From Elusimicrobiota bacterium (GTDB lineage: Bacteria > CG03 > SLGR01 > JBDRKX01), in assembly GCA_043813605.1 (NCBI GenBank), contig JBDRKX010000091.1:1-51707 (forward strand): a DNA stretch of 51,707 nt, given 5' to 3'. Numbering within the stretch: the first letter of the stretch is position 1; each line of letters begins with the position of its first letter. The notes beneath the pieces are model-generated. The model was not told where the DNA came from and searched no databases. It saw only the letters and a program-made list of their open reading frames with translations. This document shows, piece after piece, positions 20,701-32,700 of the stretch. The position numbers and the translations under genes were made by a program.

Positions 20701-23700
20701 ATGAAGTAACGTGTAGAAGAGAAGAGCCCGTAATTGCCTGCATTGTCCTTTGCGCGCGCTTTCCACCAGAAGGAATCCTCTGCCAGAGAGACATTGTCTC
20801 CGGATGAAACGGGAAGCGAACTGGATGTCAGGACAGAAAAATCAGATAAAGTCGATACCAGGAGTTCATAACATTCCAATCCTGAAGTCTGTTCAGTCAC
20901 ATCATTCCAGTCAAAATCTACAGTCGTAGTATTTATATTTGAATCATCTGCAGGTGATAACAGGTTAACCTGCGTAGGAGACGTAGAGTCAATCTTTACT
21001 GTATATGCGCCGGACTCAGAAATATTGCCAACCATGTCGCTTATTATAAACTTAACCTTACTCTGGCTGTCAGACTCTTTTAAAGGAACTGAAGTTGCGG
21101 TTGATATCTGGATATCGGCCGTTCCATTTAAACCGGAGGTTTCCGTTACTGAAACGGACGGCTCTATTGTCCAGGAATTACCGCCATCTGTAGTATACTT
21201 TATGCAGCCCGAGTTATAATCCGCGGCGATCTCCTCCGCAGTCAGCGCCCTGTCCAGGATACGGACCTCGTCTACCTGTCCCTCCCAGCTGTTCCCGTAA
21301 TCCGCATTCAAGATACCTATTCTAAGTTTGGAATCTTCATCCGGTATGGATGCATTGGAACTGCTGTGCGCGGAATCCAGTTCTCCGTCATAATAGATTT
21401 TTTTACGCTCTGATTCCGAGACAGCGTTCCCGTTAAAAGTTACTGCTATATGGTGCCATTCATTGGCAGGTAAACTGAATATTGAGCTGTCTCTGTCGGA
21501 ACTGCCTGCTGTATCAAAATATATATTCCTTCCTGTATAAAGAAACAGGGCATAGCAGTATTCTGATGATACACCTGCCCTTTTACATACTATGCCGCGC
21601 GGCAGTTCATCGTTACCTGTATCTTTCACCCAGGCTTCAATCGTCAGTTCTGTCATTCCGTCAAGACTCGGATTATCGTCTATATCCACCCAGTCATTAG
21701 TACCGTCAAAATCCAGTATATCCTCGTTCCCGCCTGTGGATTTCCATGTACCTGTATTTATCCAGTCTGTCTGTCCCTGTCTTGTGCCGTGATTCTCCCA
21801 CCGGGAGTAATCCGTGGTATTGTTATCCAGATGCATTAAAAATACTGTGCCTGAAGAAAGCGCGAGTTCGCTTCTGCCGATTCTGAGTCCGCTTGCGATA
21901 TCCTGCGTCTCTATTCTGGCATCCGGCGACACATTATCATTCCACGAGGTTTCATCTACCCAGGTCTCATCTGCTCTTTTGGTTTCAAAGTTTTCTGATA
22001 CCGGAGATGCGGCATCTTTCTTTACATGGAATATATCTATCCAGCTTGAAGTGTTACCTGCAAGGTCCGAAACTTTTACAGTGACATAAGATGTACCTGC
22101 AGGGAGCATATCCCATGTTTCCTTTTCAAGCCTCCAGTCAGAAGTATAAACATATGCGCCGATGCCGGATTCCACAGTCCTGTAATCGTCCAGCAATTGT
22201 CCTGTCTGCCCGGGGCCTGCATATACCTTTGTCTCAAACTTGTCAAGTTTAGATAATCCTATACCATCGAAATCTACGTCATATGCCCCGCTTTCAGATC
22301 CTCTCCAGGTATCGTCTCCTGCCTGGTTGCCGGTTATGTTCGGAGGAACGGTATCTTTAGCTATATAAAAAGCATCGGTTACCTGAGTGGTGTTTCCGGC
22401 AAAATCCTGTATTCTTAATGATACATAATTCGATGTACCTGCCCTTAAAGAAGCGAAATTAACCTGCCAGTCCGTATCGTAAGTTGACGATGAGATATTG
22501 TTTGCAACTGTTGTCCATGATTTTATTAGATCTCCTTCCATTCCTGTTGAAGAATAGACAGTATACTGTAATAGAGAAAGGAGAGACCCGGTATCTGTAA
22601 AATTCACATCATATACAGTCCCTGAAGCGCTTCTCCATGTGCTATCCCCGCCGGTTTCCTGGTTGTCTACCGTAGGGCTCGCGGTATCCTTCCTTACATA
22701 GAACACATCTTCAACAATAGTCTGGGCGCTCCCGAAGTTAACCGCTTTTACAGATACATAATTGATTCCTTCATTTATGCTGTCAAAATCTATATCCCAG
22801 TCATCTGTGTAGGACGGTTGATTTAATGACATGAATATTTCTGTCCAGTCTTTAACCATTGTGCCGGCTTTTCTGCCTGTAGACGCATATACAGTGTAAT
22901 AGGCAGCATCCAGCATAGATATGTTGTCTGAAAAATCTATATCATAGATAGTACCGCCTGCATTTTTCCACTCATCATCGCCTTCCTGGTTATCCTGGAT
23001 CTGAGGTCCCGCGGTATCTTTCTTTACATAAAAAACATCTTCGGAAGAGACTGAGTTGCCGGCATGATCAAATACCCTGACTGATACATAATTATACCCG
23101 GTAACCATGTTCTGCCAACCTGTATCTACGCTCCAGTCTGCAGTATATGACGATGATGAGATATCCGAAGCGAAAGTATACCAGTTAACGAGCACATTAT
23201 CAGAGGGATCCTCTATCTTATACTGGGCATACGACAGCAGCGACTGGCCTGAATCGGAAAAATCCACATTATAGACTGTGCCGGGCAAACTCCTCCAGGC
23301 CGTATCACCGCTCTGCTGGTCGGTTATTACAGGAGGCGTAGTATCTTTCTTTATATAAAAAACATCGCCCCGTACTTTCTCGTTCCCTGCAGTATCTATT
23401 GCCTTGATGGAGACATATGATTTTCCCTCGGGAAGCTGTGAAAAATGCGCGGTCGAAATCTGAAAATCGTTAGTATATGAATCAGATGAGACTCCGGCCT
23501 GGTAAGAATACCAGTTGACAACTGTGTCCTCCTGCCCGGTTGAACTGCATATCTTATATTGAAGACGATCAAGTAATGAGCCGCCGGAATCAGAAAAATC
23601 TATGTTATAAGTTCCGGTATTAGTCTTTCTCCACGTATCGTCACCCATCTGGTTATCAAATATGCTTGGCGAGAGAATGTCCTTTTTCAAATAAAACACA

Positions 23701-26700
23701 TCGTTGCCGGTTGTATTATTCAGCAGGTTATCATTGACACGGACAGATACATAGTTATACCCGTTCCGGCATGCGCTGAAATCGATCTGCCAGTCCGGCG
23801 TATAACTTTCAGTGTTTATACCGGAAGCTATATAAGTCCAGTCCTTCAGCATTGTGTCCTGTCTTCCTGTAGATGAATATATCGAATACTGGATATAATT
23901 CAGAAGCGATTTATCGTCTTTAAAATCCACATCATAAAAAGTACCTGATCTGCTTCGCCATATATCGTCACCCGACTGGTTTTTTATAACAGATGGTGTC
24001 TCTGTATCTTTTTTTATAAAAAACACATTAGTATATGTCTCGCTGCTTCCCGCGTTATCAAATGCCCTGACCGAAATATAATTATATCCGCAGCTTAATG
24101 AAGAGAACTGGACCTGCCAGTCAGTAGTATAACTGTTTGTACCCAGACCCTGATCTATGTTTGTCCAGTCAATAAGCAGGGTTCCGGAGGAATCCTCAGC
24201 TTTATACTGGATATAATCCAGTCCTGAACCGTTATCATAAAAATCGACATCATAAGGAGTCCCGGCATATCTTACCCAGTTATTATCGCCTCCTGCTTCC
24301 TTATTATCAATTACAGGCCCGGAAGTATCCTTTTTTACAGTAAAAACATCTTCATAGATACCGGAAATATTCCCGGCGATGTCTCTTACCCTTACAGAGA
24401 TGTAGTTCGTTGTTTCATCGAGTAAACTGACAAATACTCCGGATGGCAGAGCCCAATCAGTAGTGTATGAATTGGAATTTATATTAGAAGTAGATACAGT
24501 CCAGTCGGAAAGCGTCCCAGTCTGGGCCGACGCTGAACATGCCTTTACTTCAAAATAGTCCAGTCTACTCCCTCCCGGGTCTGTAAAATCAACATTATAC
24601 AAGAAGGAGTTATCTCTCCGCCACGTACTTGTACCAGGCTGGACATAGGTTGCGACAGGTGAAGTTGTGTCTTTTAAGATATAGAATACATCTGTAGTAG
24701 CTTTGGTTAAGCCTGCATTATCCTGGCACCTTACCGAGACCCAGTTTGAAGTACCTTCCAATAGTGCATTAAAATGAGTACTTTCTATCTGCCAGTTCTC
24801 ATTATAGGAATTAGCGTTCACTGTATCTGCAATTATACTCCAGGAAACAATTTCATCTGCTCCATCAGGCGAAGAACATATCCTGTATTCAATTTTTTTC
24901 AACTTTGAAGTTACATCTGCAAAATCCACGTCATATACTCCGTTATTGGAATTCCTCCAGGTACTGTCGCCATTCTGCCCGTCTGTGATCACAGGCGCGG
25001 CAGTATCTTTTAAGATATAGAACACATCCATCGGAGACGACTCTTTTCCCGCCTGATCCCATACTTGTACCGAGATATGATTCTTGCCCTGGATGAGATC
25101 ATCCCAAGAAGTCCCCGGTATTGCCCATTCATCAATATATTCAGGCGCATTAATGCCGGATACTACTGTTGTCCATGTAGAGATCAATGCGCCCTGCCTG
25201 TTTAATTGCGGATAAGCGCATATCTCAAAATAGCTGAGCAGCGAATACCCGGATGAAGAGAAATCCACATCATAGATCGCGCCGGGATTGGTTATCCTCC
25301 ATGTATTATCTCCTGCCTGATTATCTTTCACAATAGGCGCCGCCGCCTTTTTCACATAAAACACGTCCTTTAAGACATCTGAAGAACCCGCCATATCAAA
25401 GACTCTTACAGAGACATAATTCTTACCCGGATAACATGCGCCGAAATCTACACCCCAGTTCTGATTATAGTAAGTTGTTCCCGGATCCAGGAATAACGGG
25501 GTCCATTCCTTTATGACTGAGCCCTGGAAATTAGTTGTTGAATAGATGACATATTCAGCTTTCTCCAGTTCAATGTTGTCATAAAAATCCACATCAAATA
25601 TCTTTCCGGGATCTGACGACAATTCGACACTATATCCCGTCTGGTTGTCGGTAATCCAGGGATCAGTAATATCTTTTTTCACATAAAACACATCGTTTTG
25701 AAGCGCATAGTTGTTTCCGGCAATATCATATACTTTTACTGACACCCAGTTCGTGCCGCCTTCCAGAAGCGAATTAAAATCGACATCCCAGTCAGTATCA
25801 TAGGAAGATCCCTGGAAAGTATTAGTGTCAAAGATCAGTGTCCAGTCAAGTTTTTTGCTTCCGGAACGGTTAGGCCCTGTCCATACTGTATATTCGGCTT
25901 TTAAAAGACCGCTTCTGAAATCATAAAAATCGACATCGTATGCATTACCCGAAGAGCCCCTCCATGAAAAATCTCCTGTCTGGTTGTCTGTAATTCCCGC
26001 TGAAGTCGTGTCTTTTAACACATAAAAAGCGTCTGTCTTTTCCTCTATACCGCCCGCATTATCACATACTCTTACCGACACCCAGTTAGTAGAGCGTTCG
26101 ACAAGGTAGTTGAAATCAACAGCCCAGTTATCGTTATAGTCTGAACTTTCCAGGGCGGTGAATATATTGGTCCAGTTTTTCAGGATGTTTCCCGTCTTTC
26201 CCGGACCGGAATATACGGTATATTGAGCGTAATCAAGTAAAGATAATCCGTCGGAAAAATCGATATTATAGACTGCTCCGGGATCACTTATCCTCCAGGT
26301 ACCGTCACCGGCCTGCCCGTCGGTTATAAGCGGCGCCGCGGTATCTTTCTTGATATAAAAGACATTTTCAAGCGTTTCTGATGAGCCTGCCGCATCAAAA
26401 GCTGTTACAGAGACATAATTGTACGAGGAAGTCAAGAGGGCGAAATGGGCCGCGGAAAGCGAAAAATCCGCGGTATAAGAGTTCTGATTGATCCCGGAAG
26501 CGTATGTATACCACGGGATTATCACCGCGCCGGTACCCGACCTTACCTGATACTGGACATAGCTCAGTTTGCTTCCGCCCGTATCAGAATAATCGATATT
26601 ATATACACCGTTATTCTGGCTGCGCCATGTCTGGTCTCCATCCTGATTATCGGTTATCTCCGGCGTTGTAGTATCTTTCAACACATAAAATACATCGTTG

Positions 26701-29700
26701 AGCGAATCCGTATTGCCGGCATTATCAGCGCACCTTACCGAAACGTAGTTGTAACCTTTTGCCAGGGAAGAGAAAATAACTTCCCAGTCTCCGGTATACT
26801 CCGCGATGGAAGTAGAAGAGAATATATAGGTCCAGTCAATTACTATACCTCCGGTCTGGCCCAGCCCCTTAGTCACTTTATATTCCGCGGAACTTAAGAG
26901 GGAATGGTTCAGGTCTTTGAAATCAACATTGTAACCGGCCCCGGCCGCCTTTCTCCAGGTATCATCTCCCAACTGGCCATCAGTGATTTGCGGATCAGTT
27001 CCATCCTTTTTAATATAAAACGCATTAGCTAGAGTTGTTGAAGATCCGGCTATATCAAAACTCCGGATCCATATATAATTAAACCCTTCCTGACAGTTGT
27101 CAAAAGATACCTGCCAGTCCTGATCGTATGAGTCCTGGTTATAGCCCTGGCTTACGATATCTATCCAGTCTGTCAAAGGATTGTCGCCTTCGGTAGAATC
27201 ATAAACCCTGTATTGAATATAGTCTATATGTGACAGCTTGTCTTCAAAATTCACATCATATACAGTACCTGCCGAATTTTCCCATGTATCATCGCCTTCC
27301 TGGTCATCATTGATTACAGGAGGTACTGTATCTTTTTTTATGTAAAACACATTTTCAAGTGTAGTACTGCAGCCTGCTACATCGAACGCTCTTACAGAAA
27401 CGTAATTGTATGAAGAAGTCAGAAGTTGAAAGTGGGATCCCGGTAGTTGAAAATCATTAGTATAGGAACCCGAGGAAATACCGGAAGTATATGTATACCA
27501 GTCTGCAATCAGTCCGCCGGTACCGGATACTATCCGGTACTGGATATAATCCAGCAGAGATTCTTCATCACTGTAATCTATATCATAGACTCCGTTATTA
27601 ATGCACATCCATGTTGTATTACCGCTCTGTAAATCGGTAATAAGCGGCGGTATAGTATCTTTTTTTACATAGAACGCATTCGGAAGTTCCGTACAGCCGC
27701 CTGCCTGGTCATATACGCGGATAGATATCTGATTAGTCGGCCCGTTCAAAAGCGAGTTAAATACATTTACCGGAAGCTGCCAGTCTGTATCGTACGTTGT
27801 CGAATCGATATCTGTAATAACAGTTGTCCATGAGATAAGGTCCGGCCCGCCTGTATCTGCTTTTACCTGGAAATAATCGAGTTTATCATTATCGGAAAAA
27901 TCTATATTGTATTCTCCGTTATTAGTGATCCTCCAGGTACCATCTCCGCTCTGATAGTTCAAAATAGACGGTGAAGACAGATCAATAATAAAGCTGTGCG
28001 TAACAGAGTAAATTGAATAGTTTCCTGCTGCATCTTCAGATGTTACACGCCAGAAGTACTTATCTGAATTAAAAGATTTACTGATCTGTGAAACTGCAGT
28101 GACAGAAGAATAAAATACAGGTAATAAATCTGCTGAAGTAGAGACTTCAATAGTATAACTGCTTATCCCGGATATTCCGTCAACTGAATCGTTCCAGTTA
28201 AAACTGATTAAAGAACTGTTTGTGACTGACTCGTCCTGTGGGGATACCAGTAGCGGCCGGGTTGGAGGAGTTGAGTCTACTTTTACGGTAAACACGCCTG
28301 ATTCCGCTATATTCCCCGCCATATCACCTATGAAAAACTTTACTTTATTCTGGCCGGCTGACTCTTTTAAAGGTACGGTGGCAGCGGTAGATGTCTGGAT
28401 TCCGGTTGTCCCGTTCTGTCCGGATGTTTCAAAAAGTTGTTTTGTCCAGGAGTTTCCTCCGTCTGTTGAATATTCTGCATGCCCTGAACTGTAGTCCGCT
28501 TCGACCTCATCCGCTGTCAGGGCCCTGTCAAGTATACGTATCTCATCTATAATACCGTCGAAATAACCGGGATAACTTCCGACGCCTATCATTAAATCAA
28601 TATTGTCCTTATCGGTAACACCCGCCTGGTACTGGCCTGTTCCCGCTTCCTGGCCGTTAATATATGTCCTGACATAATCGTCTTTTGTTCCCACTATATG
28701 GTACCAGGTACCTGTATCGGGAGTCCATGAATAGTCAGGGCTTACCCAGGTGTCGCCGCTGAATACAAAGAACCTTAAGGTGTTCCCGTTTAGAAGATAC
28801 AGCGCCCATCTCCTGTTTGCCCCGTCGTCCATGGAAGCTATGACCCTGTTACCTGTATTATCATCGAATTTCACCCATGCTTCAACAGTAAAATAATCGA
28901 AATCAAAACTGGTATCCTGGCCGCAGTTGACATAATGGCTTCCATTGAAATCCAGCGCATATTCTGAACCGTAGATCGGGGCGGTATCGGTTGACCATGA
29001 AGCGTCATTATAAACAGCGTTATTGCCATAAATAGATTCGTCTTCAGGAAGACCGGAACCCTCGTCAAAATGCATCAGAAGGACAGTATCATTATCGTAT
29101 GTATACTCGGCCCGTTCTGCCATTAGACCTGAACCCGTATCCTGCGCCTTTATCCTCGTATCAGGAAGACTGTTGTCATTCCATTCAGATTCACTCACCC
29201 AGACCGAATCCTGCCTTTTTGACGCAAAATCGCCCTGAAAGACAGGATCTGCTGTATCGACCACAATACTCCTGGTAGAAGACCAGCCGGAGTAGTTCCC
29301 TGCAATATCCTTTGCTCTCACTCTAAAGTAATATTTCCCGTCCGATAATGAAGTACCGGTAGACTGGTTCATTGCCGTTACTGTAGAGTATGCCGGTGAT
29401 AGAAAATCAATATTATTATCTACCTCTAACTCGTAATTCTCCAGCCCGCTTACGCTGTCAGCAGAATCGGACCAGTTAAAGGAAACTGTAGAATAATTCA
29501 ATGCCGCGTTGTCAGCGGGGAGAACCGTATCCGGTACAAGTGGCGGAATGGTATCTTTTTTCACATAAAAGGCGTCAACCAGGGTACGGGTTGAACCTGC
29601 CATATCCCAGCATCTGATAGAAACGTAATTATATGTAGAATTCAGCGCATCAAAATCAATACCGAAATCCTCCGTATACGATGGTACATTAGAAGAAGTG

Positions 29701-32700
29701 AAGATATCAATCCAGTCAATGACAATATCCCCCCGCATTCCGGTATCAGCATAGACCGTATACTGTGCAGTATGCAGCAGGGACAGATCGTCGCTAAAAT
29801 CCACGTTATAAATTGCGGCTGGATCACTTTTTCTCCAGTTGTTATCCCCCCCAGCCATATTGTCATTATCAATGACAGGAGGTATGGTGTCCTTCTTAAT
29901 ATAGAAAGCGTCATTAAGAACAGCCTCCTTGCCGACATTATCATAAACCCTGACCGATACATAGCCATATCCGGACACAAGCGAATCAAAATCGACAGCC
30001 CATTCACCGGTAAACGCTTTTCCGGAAACTCCAGGAATACCTGTCCAGTCTATCATCCAGTCTCCTGTCCCCCCGGGGCTGTCATTAACATGGTACTGAG
30101 CATAATCCAACCCGGAATGGTCATCAAAAAAGTCCACATCATATATTACTCCTGCATTTTCTTTTCTCCAGTTATTGTCTCCCCCGGACATATTGTTGGC
30201 AGTATAGGGATCTATCTGGTCAACACCGAAATCCATGTTAGCCTCCTGGTTACTGCCGAAAGAAATCCAGTTGCTATAGTCGCCTGCTCCCTTGACCCTG
30301 GCCTGCCAGTGATAGGTTGTCCCGCTTGTAAGACCTACTACAGTTATCGTGCTCACAACAGGCGTTCCTGAATAGGACAAAGATTCGTCATCAATATAAT
30401 TAGCCGTATCAGTAAAATCCGTGCCCACAGGTTGTATCTCAATCTCGGCAGTTAAAGAGTCTGTTGTTAAAGGACTGGAAGAAGACATCACAAAAATCGC
30501 AGTCGTTTCATGGGTCCATTGACCTGCCATAAGCTCCGTTACCTGATCACTTTTATACTGGGTCAGGCTATACGGCTCATTGGGCGGCGGAGTACGCTCA
30601 TAAATAATATGGCTCTTTCCGCAAAAAGATGCGCCGTCTGCGCTTATTGAATAATTGGCTGTTGCGCTTGTTGTCTCCAATGAAATCTGCCCCTGATTCC
30701 CGTACAAGACATATCCGGCGTGGGTCTCTGTCTGTGTCCTGTGTGCGACAGGCTGGGAATTACTGCTGTTTATGCCTATTGTTGTGGAAGGGTTGGCACT
30801 TGTGCTGCCAGCATCTTGAGACTGCTCAAATTTTGCAAGAAGCCAGGCGTTCCTTAAATCTTTTACACCTGCCGGGGTAGAGACCGGAAACGAAACATCG
30901 AAGTTATGATTATCTGTATTACCCGTGGCAACCCGGGCAGAAGACTGGCCTGCATAGGACTGGTAAAAATCCGTATATTGATTTTCTCCTGTATAATCAT
31001 AAGTAATGATCAGCTCAACTCCGCAGCCTCCCAGACTGGATAAACTTCCTATCTTTAATCTGACTTCCTCCCCATTAGACCAGTCTCCGGCCTCTTCGGT
31101 CATATCGTGTAAAAAGCTGAAACCGGAGGTATTAAATGTCTCGGCATATAAACCATAGGAGCGCTGCGGCATCTCCTGCGTAGCGCCTACCCTGGAATCT
31201 ATTGCAATATTGCCGGAACCGCTATTATTATAGGAACCGTAAATCTGGGCATATATTCTCTTAATATCAATCCCTAACTCATTGAGATAAATATTTTTTG
31301 TAAAGGTATAATTACCGTCTGCTGTACCTGCCTGGCCTAAGAAGTATCTTACAGTCTTTGTTTTTGTAGGAACAGATATGGAGTATTCATAGGTAAGTAC
31401 CGCTTCCCCGCACAGGACCAGCTGGGCCGGGTCAACGGAATTGTCCTCATTGCATATCTGGACATTCAGGGTCTGGCTGGTATTTGTCTGAAAATTACCG
31501 TACATGGCATGGGAAGGATTGGCATTGCTAAGGAAAAAGACATCATAAGAAGTCTCGTCCGAGGAATCAAAGTACATCGCTGAAGAAGCTGTGCCTCCGT
31601 TGATATTCACCTGCATCCTGCCTGTATGGTTGGCGCTCCCGTACCTCCTCACCCCCCTCACCTCAAACCATTGCTGCCTCTGAGTAATACCAGCCTCGGC
31701 AATATCCGCATCATATGTAAACGCATAAGTCTGCCAGGCAGCGCCTTCCGCTGCTTCTGAAGTCCTGGCGGCAATATTTGATGCGGAATAAATAGGGAAC
31801 CTCACTGTCTTAACCTGTGTAGCGGAATTAGCGTCGTATTCATAGGTAACATAAAGTTTCAAAGTACTCATATTAGTCGCAGTGCCTCCTACAGTGACCG
31901 AGGCAGCATACTGCTGAGTAGCAGTGGAGTGTATCACAGATGTCACATCAGCCAGGACATGACCCCTCCTGTGTTCGCCGGTATCATAAGAAAGGGCGCC
32001 TGTGGCGCTATACCTTGCCGTTGCTGCGCTTGTTCCCTGGTCAAACCTGACAACAAGAGAGGTTACGTCTAAGTTGGCAATCCAGTATGAATACTCCAGG
32101 AATGCGCTCTTTATTACCTTGGCATCTTCCGGAAGATAGACAGTTATAGGCGCAGGGATCCAGGCAGAACCGGCCCCAACGTCGGTATTGGAATAATATC
32201 CGCCAAAAGAATACTCCACTGTCTTAATCCTTTTGGTCTCTTTGGGGGGTAAGGGAGGTGTCTCATCCACCAGGGTAACGGCAAATCCATTGGTGTTTAC
32301 CTCTGAATCATCATTCATCACATAAACATAATTAGCGCCAAACGACAAGCCGCCTTTATTAACTGTAAAAGTGATCTGGGTGTTGGACCAGGTTATTACA
32401 GACTGCTCTACAGTGGTAGTGCACCCCGCATAGGTATCAGCGTCCCCTATATAGAGTTTGCTTGCATTATTTCCGAACTCATTATCCATTTCAAAACCCG
32501 TGCCATTTATCTGGACATCCATCTGGCTTGGCGCTATGGTATCATCTGATATGGAATCAATTGTAGGATAGAGCACATACACTAAATAATGTAAATAGGT
32601 GTAGGCATACGTAGCATCCACATTAAGCGTGCCGAGGAAAGCTGTTGATGAATCAGCCGGTTCATTAAGCAGGTTATCCCAGTACTGGTCGCAATCTTCC

